Assembly (NCBI GenBank): GCA_964016885.1
Contig: OZ024747.1
Location: 47,740,001-47,804,000 of the forward strand
DNA: 64,000 nt
Reading direction: 5' to 3'
DNA from: Eledone cirrhosa
Lineage: Eukaryota
Shown: positions 1 to 12,329 of the stretch, piece by piece
How the letters are laid out: each line of letters opens with the position of its first letter
Position numbering within the stretch: position 1 is the first letter of the stretch
Position numbers and translations under genes: made by a program
The notes under the pieces: generated by a model
What the model saw: the letters and a program-made list of their open reading frames with translations, nothing else
Databases searched by the model: none
What the model was told of the DNA's origin: nothing

Positions 1-144
1 TGTGTATGATTGTGTATAGAAGATTATATTAATAAGAGGAATTCCAACTTTGTCTGATTTACTCGTTTTATTTACAATCCTTTAAAATATATAATGGTAT
101 TATAATGAAATAGTATGATAGATAATTAAATTCTAAGTGTTAAT

Positions 145-183
145 TGAACAAGTACTTTCATGCTTTCGCAATCTTCAGGTTCA
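145..183 (-). ncRNA. Minimal type-I hammerhead ribozyme (PLE type)
   Basis: UGAAC-CUGAAGA-U-UGC(GAAA)GCA-U-GAAAG-UA-CUU-GUUCA: 5-bp helix I, GNRA-capped helix II, palindromic AAGUACUU helix III. Confidence 0.8.
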
Positions 184-574
184 TAATATGTGGTGACAGT
201 CAAGTTTGCAATTTTCAACTATAATATATATATATATATTATATATATATATAAATGTTTGAATTTGTACAGCCAAAACAATGCAGGTATGGACATAGAA
301 TAAAAAATGCAAATGCAAAAGATAATATTTTTCAAGATAATATCTCTTCTTCGGAGGGAAGTAAAACGGTTAAACCAGTGTTCTAAATAGCTTGCCAAGT
401 CATGTTGACAGGAAAAATTAAGGACATTTAAATAAATCTAAGGTAAAAGACTAATTGTCAACAATATCTTTTGCATTTGCATTTATTCTATGTCCATACC
501 TGCATTATTTTGGCTTTACAAATTCAAACGTTTATACCTCATTACACAATGCTTCAAGTGAACTATAACTTCCT

Positions 575-607
<33 letters not shown>

Positions 608-611
<4 letters not shown>

Positions 612-1160
612 TTAGCTTTTGTTGACTTAGAGAAGGCCTTTGATAGGGTACCCCGATCTGTCATTTGGTGGTCCCTAAGGAAACTAGGTGTAGAGGAATG
701 GCTTATGAGGACAGTGCAAGCTATGTCCAGGGGTGCTGTCAGTAAAGTGAGACTAGGAATGGAGTTTTGTGAGGAATTCTAGATACAAGTAGGTTTACAT
801 CAGGGTTCGGTCCTCAGCCCGCTCTTGTTCATTATAGTCCTCCAAGCCATAACAGAGGAGTTTCAGACTGGATGCCCATGGGAACTTCTCTATGCTGACG
901 ATCTGGTTCTTATAGCAGAATCAGTAGAGGAGCTAGAGAACAAAATCTGGCTATGGAAACAGCAGTTGGAATCAAGAGGACTGACAGTGAACCTAGCTAA
1001 GACAAAAGTGTTGATGAGTAGAAGAGAGGACGATACTCTGATTCCATCAGGGAAATGGTCATGATCGATATGTAGAAAAGGAACTGGCATAAATTCCATA
1101 AAATGTACGCAAAGCAGATGTAGTGGGATAGCAGCAAACTAACAGGTAGATGTCATCACA
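608..1160 (+). mobile_element. RTE RT fragment (related subfamily), degraded
   Basis: [17 protein letters not shown] and ELLYADDL with in-frame stops. Confidence 0.85.
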
Positions 1161-1164
1161 TGTG

Positions 1165-1241
<77 letters not shown>

Positions 1242-1249
1242 TGTGTGTG

Positions 1250-1284
<35 letters not shown>

Positions 1285-1287
1285 ATA

Positions 1288-2926
1288 TATCATCATCATC
1301 AGGTTTAGCGTCCGTGTTCCACGCTTGCATGGGTTTGGACGGGGGTTTTCCCACTTGCAGCAAGAGTGGTTGTCTTGCTCGCATAGGACTGTCTGGCGGG
1401 TTTTCTACAGCTGGATGCCCTTCCTAACACCAACCACATTTACAGTGTGGGGCTGGGAGGTTTTTACCTTGTTGCCTACACGGCCACATTTACAGCGTGG
1501 ACTGTGTGTTTTTTTGTCGTGACACCTACACGATCTCATTTGTTTCGGCCTGGATGTTGTGGGACCAACATAACTTTACATTGAAAGGGGCGGTGTGGAT
1601 GGGGTGGAGGTGGTGGGACGGGGGTGTGTTTTGATAGAGATGCCTACTGACTGTAGTAAGTTTTTACTTTGTATTTAGGTAAGGCGGGTCTTCTCTATTA
1701 CTGAGTACCGCCAAAGGTCTCGGTCCAGTGACATTGTCTTGGAGAGGTGTAAGCGTGTGAGGTCGGAATTTATCATGTCGTCCCAGGTTTTTCTGGGTCT
1801 GCCTACTCCGTGGCTACCGTCTATCTTTATTGCCCTGCACTTTGTTATACAGCTGTCGTCTTTCATGCGCATCACGTGACCGTACCAACGTAGCCTTCTC
1901 TCGAGTAAACAACATCTGATCCCTCTTATTTCTAATTTTTTCCTTAGTTCGTTTATGCTTAGCCGTTCACGTATATTACTATTGCACATCCAGCGGAGCA
2001 TGCAAGCTTCGTTCCTCTCTAGTCTGCGTATATCCTCTGCACACAATGCCCAGGTCTCACTGCCATGCAGCATTGCTGTTCGTATGCAGGCATCGTATAA
2101 CCTGCCTTTCATTTTTAGGGAGAACCCTCTAGTGGCTAATAGTGGTATAAGCTCTCTGAACTTTTTCCATCCAGTTCTGACTCTAGCTACTGTACTTTCA
2201 GAGCACCCTCCCCCACTGCTGATTTTGTCACCCAGGTAACAGAAGCTGTCCACTATTTCTATAGAACCCTCTGCGCAATTGAAAGAGCTAGTATTTAGTG
2301 GGCACTTGCTGCTACTTATTGCACCAGAGCACCGGCCACATGTAAAATCTATGTTCTTAGTTAGCTTACCTGTGATCCCACTACATCTTTTATGCACCCA
2401 TACTTTGCATTGGGGACATAAAATGGAGTTTCTACCTACGCCTTTCCTACACACTGAGCATGGCCATTTCCCGGAAGGGACCGCCGCCTTATTTTCTTTC
2501 CTACAAACTAGAACTTTAGTCTTAGCCAGGTTAATTTTAAGGCCTTTTGATTCTAGGCCATGCTTCCATGTTTGGAATTTCTTCTCTAGTTCGGTCATTG
2601 ATTCAGCTATGAGCGTTAGATCATCTGCGTATAGGAGTTCCCATGGGCAGCCGGTCTTGAACTCCTCTGTTATAGCCTGAAGGGCAATAATAAATAGTAG
2701 GGGGCTAAGAACAGAGCCCTGATGGACACCAACTTTTACGCTAAACTCTTCACTATATTCGTTGTTAATTCTAACCTTACTGACTGTTTCTTTATACATG
2801 GCTTGTATAGCTCTCACAAGCCATTCGTCAACACCTAGTTTTCTAAGAGCCCACCAGATAATGGAACGGGGGACTCTGTCGAAGGCTTTCTCCAAGTCGA
2901 CAAAAGCTAAGTATAGGGGTTTACTT

Positions 2927-2927
<1 letters not shown>
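1288..2927 (-). mobile_element. 5'-truncated RTE LINE, same young family
   Basis: ORF 1675..2895 is near-identical to the copies at 22830 and 49310; (CAT)n tail at 1288; flanked by (TA)n on both sides. Confidence 0.95.
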
Positions 2928-2967
<40 letters not shown>

Positions 2968-2970
2968 CAT

Positions 2971-3091
2971 TCTCACAAGCTCCGATGAACTGACTGGTTA
3001 TAACTTTGTATTGGCGATCGAGTAACGTGAAAATAAGCGGATAGCGATCTCTAGACCTACCAGTTCAGAGAAACAATTGTCAACAATGAGA
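2971..3091 (+). ncRNA. Hammerhead-like motif with C4 core variant and 81-nt helix II region
   Basis: CCGAUGA-a-CUGACUGGU...ACCAGUUCAG-a-GAAAC-AAUU-GUC; helix I is weak. Confidence 0.5.
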
Positions 3092-3311
3092 TTAAAAACC
3101 TTTTTTGTATAGCAAACCGTGTCACTCTTCTTTCCTGATTTATTATTACTCCAAGTGTTTACAACATAGGAATTACAGCGTACTCGCAGCATCACTATGG
3201 AAACGCCTTGTTGAGTCAAGCTTAGCCAAGCGTTGATATCATCCACTACCCGGAGTACCATAACTGGACTACACCCAAGTGGACTACCTATAACAATAAT
3301 TTGTTACCCCG

Positions 3312-3348
<37 letters not shown>

Positions 3349-3403
3349 ATATATATATATATATAATATATAAGATCAAAAGATGGTTAAAAGAGTTCCA
3401 TGT

Positions 3404-3472
3404 ATTTTATTATGCGCATTTCAAAAACAAATATCATCATGCAATAACATTTGTGTTTTCATCAGATAAAAT
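3404..3472 (-). ncRNA. Type-I hammerhead ribozyme (family F3)
   Basis: Reverse-complement copy of 3591-3659. Confidence 0.8.
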
Positions 3473-3590
3473 AGGAAGACATGATATGAAGGTTAAAAAC
3501 ACTTGTGGATAGTGCAGTTTTAAATCAACACATGTTGATTTAAAACTGCACTATCCACAAGTGTTTTTAACCTTCATATCATGTCTTCCT

Positions 3591-3659
3591 ATTTTATCTG
3601 ATGAAAACACAAATGTTATTGCATGATGATATTTGTTTTTGAAATGCGCATAATAAAAT
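3591..3659 (+). ncRNA. Type-I hammerhead ribozyme (family F3)
   Basis: AUUUUAU-CUGAUGA-[16-bp helix II, GCAU loop]-GAAAU-GCGC-AUA-AUAAAAU; palindromic AUGCGCAU helix III. Confidence 0.85.
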
Positions 3660-3786
3660 ACATGGAACTCTTTTAACCATCTTTTGATCTTATATATTAT
3701 GTATACTCCAATCCTACAAACTGTAGAGTGCTTCTTATCCGATATCTGCATTGCTTTATTGTACTACAATAAAACTCACCTCCTAC

Positions 3787-3842
<56 letters not shown>

Positions 3843-3996
3843 GTAGGAGGTGAGTTTTATTGTAGTACAATAAAGCACTGCAGATATCGGATAAGAAGCA
3901 CTCTACAGTTTGTAGGACTGGAGTATACATAATATATGTTGATTTAAAACTGAACTATCCACAAGTGTTTTTTAACCTTCATATCATGTCCTCCTG

Positions 3997-4064
3997 TTTT
4001 ATCTGATGAAAACACAAATATTATTGCATGATGATATTTGTTTTTGAAATGCGCATAATAAAAT
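3997..4064 (+). ncRNA. Type-I hammerhead ribozyme (family F3)
   Basis: Third local copy with the same core. Confidence 0.8.
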
Positions 4065-4104
4065 ACATGGAACTCTTTTAACCATCTTTTGTTCTTATAT
4101 ATTA

Positions 4105-4173
<69 letters not shown>

Positions 4174-4582
4174 CAGTATATATATTCATACATACACATA
4201 CTCATACACATTTACGTATGAAAAAAATTATAATTTCAAGGGAGCTAACTCTATATTTTATCATTTGGTTAACACCTCCCCCCCCCCTAGTGAGTGTTTT
4301 ATTAAGTTTACTTGCCTTTTACTTCATTTATCTTCTTTTTCATACTAAGGGAGGTAACTCATGAAAAAGGAGATAACTAAAGGCAAAGAAAAAGTCATGG
4401 GAAGGGAGGTAACTGATGAAAAAGGAGATAACTGAAGTCAAAGAAAAACGTCAGCTTGTTACCAACCTTTGTTGCTGGCTTGTGTGTTCATTACTTGAGA
4501 CACCATTCATAAATGATGTTTGTATGTACAGATTTGTTTTGAATAAGAGGGATTGGTGATTTGAGGTTCCACTGTATATATT

Positions 4583-4614
<32 letters not shown>

Positions 4615-4650
4615 AATTAGACAATTATCAAAGTTGCGTTCAAATCATTT

Positions 4651-4703
4651 AATAGCTGACAATCGTTTCTTCCAAATTTTCGTTTGGAATCATCGGCGCA
4701 TTA
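4651..4703 (-). ncRNA. Hammerhead-like motif, C4 variant (left PLE inverted arm)
   Basis: Reverse complement of 6798-6850. Confidence 0.55.
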
Positions 4704-6797
4704 TCAATGTTTGTACATATAATTAACCTCCTATTCAACTGAACAATCATATAGATACATATATATTGATGTTGTGAGCAACAGTTTCTTATTTACAGGG
4801 TGTAATGGATGCGACATATATCAAACGAGAATTATACAATTCAAATTAAAAGCACAGAGTGGAATACATGCAACAGATAATACAAGAGAATAGTCTAATA
4901 ATTAAAGAGAAAGAAACATTGAGAGAGGAATAGTACATTAGCAGTACATATGCAAGCATGTAGGAGGTGCACATGCGTTAGTCATATATATGAGAAGGAA
5001 ATAAGCAAAGATATTATGCATATATAGATAAATAAATACTATATGGTAAGCAAATATGTTAATGTATTAAAATCTATGGCGGATGTAATATGTTGATAGT
5101 GTTGAGAAAAACAAAGTTACTGCAGACCTTTCCATTACATATGTTGAATTATATTTTAGTTAATGTATATCTCAACCAATGGGGAAATACAGGTGAAGTT
5201 ATTGAATGGTTCAAGGATATTAAAGAAAGTAAAATAAAAAAATGTATACAATTTGATATCGATTCATACTACACCTCTATTTCCCCTATCCTATTAAATA
5301 AGGCTTTAATTATGGCCATGCACAATAGTGACCTGACTAGATCCTAAATTGATGTCATACTTGTGGCCCGAAAAACCATAATTACATTTGAAGATCAATT
5401 ATGGACACGCAAGGATACTATAATCTTTTCGAAACTAGACCTCCTAAATAGAAAGTCAGAGATATTTTCCTCATGCCAGCACCACTACCGACACTCGTTC
5501 CATAACTTTAAACCTAGCTGCTAGTATAACAATGTCAGATTTGAATTCCTCACCACCATTAACACTTCACATCTAGGACTTATCAGCCTCCACAGCAACA
5601 CACTCTTAGATCAGCTCTTTCCTTTACACAACTCCTATTTATCTCTGATCTTATACTCTACAATAACTGTTAGAATTAAGCATAAAGTTACCACCGTTTG
5701 ATATAACTACTATAGCTTAAGTGTGTTATATATAGTAATGAATATATAATATGTAGAGACATTTAATGTAATATGTAATAATAAATTATATATACATTTA
5801 TAATTAAATATTTAAATTAATAGCATGGATATAAGGGATTTACTTTTAACACAATATAATAATAATAAAGTATATATACATTCATAATTAAATATATAAA
5901 TTAATAGCATTGTATATAAGGGATTAACTTTTAACACAATAATGTATATTATAACACAAATTATATAACTACTTGGACATGTAAACAGCTATACAATTTT
6001 TCCATAACATATATCTTGTCCAGTAATGAATAGGTAACAATCTAAAGAGACCTTTAATGTATTATAGGAAAATACACTGTATTTAAAATTAGGTATAAAT
6101 ATATAACATTATGTAATAGTGATTCACTTGTATCACATTATAATGTATTAGAGCAAAGAATTTAAATAATTGAATTTATTAGCTAGTTACCTCCCCTTAC
6201 GCATTAGCTCCCCTTAATCTTGGATCACACACTCACTTCCGGAAATTAAACCGTTGGAAAAACTACCTGTTGAACAACACTAATCCAGGAATAAGAATAC
6301 AATAAGACTAATTTACAATCCATTGCTTTAACTAACTTAAACATTCAATATAAACATTAACTAAAATATAATTCAACATATGTAATGGAAAGGTCTGCAG
6401 TAACTTTATTTTTCTCAACACACAAATTCGAACACTATCAACATATTACATCCGCCATAGATTTTAATACATTAACATATTTGCTTACCATATAGTATTT
6501 ATTTATCTATATATGACTAACGCATGTGCACTTCCTACACGTTTGCATATGTACTGCTAATGTACTATTCCTCTCTCAATGCTTCTTTCTCTTTAATTAT
6601 TAGACTATTCTCTTGTATTATCTGTTGCATGTATTCCACTCTGTGCTTTTAATTTGAATTATTGTATAATTCTCGTTTGATATATGTCGCATCCATTACA
6701 CCCTGTAAATACTAAACTGTTGTTCACAACATCAATATATATGTATCTATATGATTGTTCAGTTGAATAGGAGGTTAATTATATGTACAAACATTGA

Positions 6798-6850
6798 TAA
6801 TGCGCCGATGATTCCAAACGAAAATTTGGAAGAAACGATTGTCAGCTATT
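6798..6850 (+). ncRNA. Hammerhead-like motif, C4 variant (right PLE inverted arm)
   Basis: CCGAUGA-UUCCAAA(CGAAAA)UUUGGAA-GAAAC-GAUU-GUC; helix I imperfect. Confidence 0.55.
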
Positions 6851-7076
6851 AAATGATTTGAACGCAACTTTGATATTTGTGTAATTTATTTTCCTGCTCT
6901 GTAAAACAACTGATGTTCTTACATTGAGCTATTTCTCTTACGGTAGTAGAAATTACTGACCTTTCCTGTTTATAGTTGTTTATACTATATACATAACTAT
7001 AAATAGTATTATTATTATATATATATATATATATATATACGGTTGTCCGTCCTGTTCCGTATAACGATGTCCATTA

Positions 7077-7114
7077 CGAGCTGAGGATCCGCTAAGATGA
7101 AACAATTGTTCTCG
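7077..7114 (+). ncRNA. Minimal type-I hammerhead ribozyme in a 108-bp insert between (TA)n tracts
   Basis: CGAG-CUGAGGA-UCCGCUAAGAU-GAAAC-AAUU-GUU-CUCG. Confidence 0.7.
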
Positions 7115-7174
7115 GTATGGTGAACTAACTGTTGTGTAACCACTTCTATATATATATATATATATATATATCAC

Positions 7175-7502
7175 TTTCATCAACATCACTTTACGTCCGC
7201 TTTTCCCTGCTTGCAAGGGTGGGATGAGAACTGATTCTGGCTTGATTTCTACAGCTGGATGCTCTTCCTAACACCAACCTCATTTACAGTGAGTGCTGGG
7301 TGCTTTTTTGCCGTGGCACCTCCACGACCACTTTGTAGTGGAATGATATGGACCCCAGTCCCTATCATCTCATTTCTACAGCTGAGTAAACTGGAGCAAT
7401 GTGAAATAAAATGTCTTGCTCAAGGAAACAACACATCACCCAGTCTGAGAATTGAACTCACAACCTTTTGATTGCAAGGCCAATGCTCTAACCACTAAGC
7501 CA
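7175..7502 (-). mobile_element. SINE family A copy
   Basis: Near-identical to 48013-48346. Confidence 0.85.
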
Positions 7503-8864
7503 TATATATATATATCAGAGTGTTGTAGTTTGCTTGAAGCATTGTTGAGTAGGAAACAAAAATTAAATAATTTTGAAAACTCTATAATGCACTAGAAAAT
7601 TAAAACTTCCAAGATAACAATAGAATCTTTACCTTAGCAAATTTAACATTCCCAAATATTTTCGTGTTTTAAAACCCATTATTGACCCTTACTTTTCTCA
7701 CAGGGATACTCCCTTGTATGGTTTTCAAAATTATTTAAATTTGTGTTTCATATATATATATATAAATATGTACTCCTCTGTCAATTGGAAGAAATAAACT
7801 GCAATATATCAAAGATTACCACAATAACTAGGCAGTAGAGTACAAGATATGCTGGACACTGCTACTGAAGCAAGGATGACCTGATGAGCTGGCTACTGTG
7901 GTGGATACCTAAACATAGTAAGACCCTAGTGGGGATGACCAAGATTGACCTACATATATCAGATGTCTCAGGATGTCCAGCTGGAGATTAATGATCCCAG
8001 GAATGCCATGGAAGATCATGACATCTAAAAGAGAAGAGTAGAATTGTTCTAGCCAATCCACCTGACCTAATAAATGATAATGATAATAATATATTAATGA
8101 AATATGTTAGAAATCATTCTCAGCGGTTTTGTATTGTAATCCACAAATACACTCTGTAGAAAGTTCTATTTCATATTATTTGTCATTAAGGTTTCTTACA
8201 GAGACACAATCTCACTTCATTGCTGATGGTGGTGGATAGGCAGAATCGGTAGAGTGTCAGACAACATACTTTCTGTCATATAGTTACAGCCCTTTATATT
8301 TTGTGTTAAAATCCTGCTGAGGTTAGCTTTACTTTTATTCCTCACAGGTTCAGTAAAACAAAGTACCAGTAATGCACTGGGTTTGATTTAAATGGTATTC
8401 CCCTTTCTCTTCCAATTGCTGGTCTTGAGTTAAAAGTAGAAACAGTTATTTAAAATCTATAAAACAATGGAAGGTAGTGATTACAACAGCTTTGTAGATT
8501 CTGATCTTTGTGGTGAGGTGTAGAGAGTTGTTCTGCCACCTGCATTCGTCTAAATGAGTTGCAGGTGGTTATCGATGTCTTTTGTTCAGCACATGACTTC
8601 CGTTTACAAAGGCTTTGGCTGCCAAAGCATTAGACTACTCTTCCCTTAACCTATCATTTTAATAAACCATGTTTTCATTAAATCACCACTAAACTAAACC
8701 ATCTCTTCTTTACAGAAGTAGACCATCTTTTCATTTAATCATCATTAAACAATAGCTACATTAAACTATCTCTATAGTAACACATCCCAATATCAAAATG
8801 ATCATTAAGCCACCTCAACCATCACTTTATTTAACCTATCTCTCCATTAAACCATCTCCCAGTT

Positions 8865-9110
8865 CACGCATGCACACCTCAGTCACACTTCGCGCATGTG
8901 CACCTCGGTCACACTTCGTGCATGCGCACTTAGGTGGCTGCACATGTGCACCTAAATCCTAGTTTGCGCATCTGCACCTCAGTCCTAGATTGCACATGCA
9001 TGCCTTAGTCACACCTCAAGCATGCATACGTCAGTCCCATTTTGTCGATGCACACCTCGGTTCCAGAATGTGCATGCGCACCTCGATTTGAGTTCGTGCA
9101 TGCACACCTC
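8865..9110. repeat. Degenerate 24-25-bp minisatellite
   Basis: Recurrent gcatgcacacctc(a/g)gtc units. Confidence 0.75.
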
Positions 9111-9229
9111 ATTTTACTGACAGGTCCTCTGTACATAGCATGCACTGGCCTCCTAAGCAATTCCTTTACACCTAGTTTCCTGAGGGACCATCAGATGACA
9201 TTGAGGTATGCTATCAAAGGCCTTTCTTT

Positions 9230-10020
9230 TGTAAGAACCTCTCTAAGAAGAGGGCATTTATTGTACTTTTTCCAGGCACAAACCAAACTACATTGACTCT
9301 AATTAGTTTTGCTAGCACTCTTTTTGTCGCTTTCATAAGTTCCAACAGTTTTAAGCCCCTATAATTGATCTTCTGTAGAGCATCCAATTTACAAGGATAC
9401 TGCTGCACCAGTTTTGGGGTATGACTACGCCATATATAACTTGACTAACTATGTGCGTAACTAGTTTAGTCTCTACTTCTCCTGATGGGCCAGTAGCTTT
9501 ACATTTCTTTAATTGCTTCTTTGGGTCTGCTGGAGGTAGTCTTTCTCTCTTATTCATTCTCAACATTCATCAGTTTCTCATAGTGTCATTTCCAGGCCTC
9601 CTTAGAATCAGTTATGCTAAGTGCACCAGCATCGTTTTGGGCACACTTACATCCTGATTCACACTGATTCACTGCCTGGCAATGCAGAAAACCTCACGCC
9701 TCTAGTCGCAAAACATTGTTAAACCTTCTATTCTCAGCTTTCCTGCTTGCTATGTACACTTGACATCTAGCCTCTCTTTTAGCGGCTGAGTACCGGTCTA
9801 TACTCACTCCATTTTTCCAATTCTTCCATGCTTGTCTTTGTCTTTATTGGTTCGAGCTACTATGCTGTTCCAACACCAAGTCACCCTATGACTGGAGATT
9901 TTCTCTAGCCACAATTGCATGCAGTAGGCTGCCATGTAAGATCTTCCAGTTGTCCCTCCCCACCACCTTTCACATCTAATCAATGTTAAACTCACCTGCT
10001 CCCCACTCCCAGCCCTGACA
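9230..10020 (-). mobile_element. Old degraded RTE fragment
   Basis: KATGPSG, WCSSILVN and NYRGLKLL remnants. Confidence 0.7.
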
Positions 10021-11099
10021 CACTTCATCTGCCCAGCCCATGAAAGCTAGATATGCTCAACAGCTGACCTCCCACAATACTGCGCCATGACAAAAAGCAC
10101 AAAGTTTACCTCAACAAATGCACCCAGTCTAAACAGTAAGGTGATTGTGATGGTGACACAAAAAAAAGCACCCAATCCACACAGTAACATGGTTGGTATT
10201 AAAAGGGCATCCAGCCATAGAAACCAAACGTCATCTCTGGACCTAGCTTGTCTCATAACCTATCAATCCGTCAAACCCATTTAAGTGTGGAAAATAGACG
10301 TTAAATGATGATGATATATATGTATTTAATATTTAAGCATTGTTAATATCTTCTTCAGCCACTTATTCCCTAGAGGGTCGTGGGGGTACAGTCCTCAAAC
10401 ACTCCTTACAGCAGGTCCTGTAAAGTAGCAACTCTCTCCAACTGATCCGGCTGGAGCCCCAAGCATGACCAGCCAAGCTTATGGATGTTATCCAAATATC
10501 TTGATCGGGGTCTACCCTTGGGTCTCCTGCAGATTAGCTCTGTCCAGTGATTCTTTCCCTCTATTCATTTGTTAGAAAACCACTTTTGGCAATTGCCTTT
10601 GCATCATCAGGCAATGTTGTAACCCTTCTACCTGGAGGCCTTACAACACATTCAATTTTTAAACTTCCATTGGATATGTGGGCATGGAGAGGGGAGACTG
10701 GTATAATTAGGTGACAGCTGGTCTTCACAAACAACCTTGCCCAGACTTGTTCCCAAAGGGTGTCTTTTGAGTCCATTTTTCCACTCTTGCATGGGTTGGA
10801 CAGGTCCTTCTCAGCACAGCATCTCTCTATTCACTGCATTTCTTCTATAAGTCTCAGCGATTTGAGGTTAGCTCTCACCACCTCCACCCAGCTCTTCCTT
10901 AGTCTATCTCTACTGCAGCTTCCTTCCACTGGGTTTTCCAGGCAGTTCTTCACTCAATGATCATCATCTGTGGGCATCATATGTCTGTAACAATACAGTT
11001 TTCTCTCATGCATAGGACTTCAGATTCCTCTTAAACCCAGTTTCTCCCTCAGTTCATCCAAGCTCTGTCTTTCTTCCTCATTTACATTGCAAATCCAAC

Positions 11100-12290
11100 G
11101 AAGTATGGTTATAGCACAGTTGATTAGGGACCGGGTAAATCTGGATGAGATGCAATTTGGATTTGTACCAGGAAAAAGCACCACTGCACTCTTCCTTGTT
11201 ACAGGAAAAGTACTTTGGTAAAAGTTAGGATTAACAATGACTATAGCGAGGAATTTATCATACTGGTAAGGCATCAATCAGGGCTCTGTTCTTAGTCCTC
11301 TCCTGCTTATTATCATACTGCAGGCTATAACAGAGGTGTTTAAGACCAGCTGCCCATGGGAACTCCTGTACGTTGAACTAGAGAAGAAATTCCAAACATG
11401 GAATTAAGGCCTAGAAAAAAGTTGTTTTAAAGTCAACCTGACAAAGAAGAGAAAGCAGAACCCAGATCCCCTCAGGGAAATGACCTTGCTCATTATGTAG
11501 GTAAGGTGTAAGTAGGAATTCCATCTTCTGCCCCAAATGCAAACTATGTAGATTTGTACAGGAAGTTTAGCTAAAAATGTAGGCTTTACATGTAGCAGTT
11601 GCACCAGGACAGTAAGCAGCAAATGATTACAGGAAACAAGCGCTATCAAATTCTGGGAGGGCTCGGTGAAAACAGTAGAGAGCTTCTGCTTCCTGGGAAC
11701 AACTGCCATTGCTAGCTGCAAAAGGTAGACTGTATGATGCGTGTATACGAACAGCAATGCCGCATGGTAGTGAGACCTGGGCGCAGTGTACAGAACATTT
11801 GCGTAGATTGATAAGAAATGAAGCTAGCATGCTCAAATGAATGTGTAATATGCAAACAGCAAAGCATAAACAAACATAGAGAAACTAGACATAAGAGGAA
11901 AATGTTGTGTGCAAAAGAGATTATGTTGATGTGGACATGTGATACATATGAACGATGACATCTGCATAAAAAGATGCAGAGCGCTCAATGTTGATGGAAG
12001 CCTTAGAGTGGGAAATCCCAGTAAGACTTAGGATGAGGTGATAAAAGTCAAAATTACCCAATTGCACCTCTCAAAGGCGATGATACAGGACCAAGAACTC
12101 TGGTGTTTCACAGTAATACAGACAACCCAATTTCCCATGGGCACAAGCCAATACTGAAGTATGTACCACCTCACCCCACCCTCACATACATCTCCCATGA
12201 GGAACAGGCCAAAGTATACATCCAGTGAAGCTCACACTGTAAAGTGGTCATGTAGATGTCACAACTAAAAGCACCCAGTACTCACTGGGT
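11100..12290 (+). mobile_element. Old degraded RTE RT and 3'UTR fragment
   Basis: [34 protein letters not shown] and HGSETWA remnants. Confidence 0.8.
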
Positions 12291-12329
12291 AGAGTAGTTC
12301 ATTGTTATTTCATTTTTCATGTGGAAAGT

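Larger units (their letters stand above)
3363..4107. repeat. Complex palindrome of PLE terminal repeat family F3 (A'-A-B-(TA)n-B'-A)
   Basis: 3363-3530 is inverted versus 3533-3700; 3697-3790 is inverted versus 3838-3935; 3936-4107 is a direct copy of 3533-3700. Confidence 0.9.
4616..6890. mobile_element. Penelope-like element remnant with about 550-bp inverted arms and a Naiad-like RT fragment
   Basis: 4616-5165 is the reverse complement of about 6360-6890. The inner fragment 5165-5430 reads NQWGNTGEVIEWF..CIQFDIDSYYTSI. Each arm carries a hammerhead-like motif. Confidence 0.8.

Noticed and set aside
1139-1522. Many ORFs rich in YIYI, HTHT or CVCV
   Set aside because: Translations of (TA)n and (CA)n microsatellites, not genes. 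The same applies at 3684-4364, 28142-28755, 38241-38615 and elsewhere.
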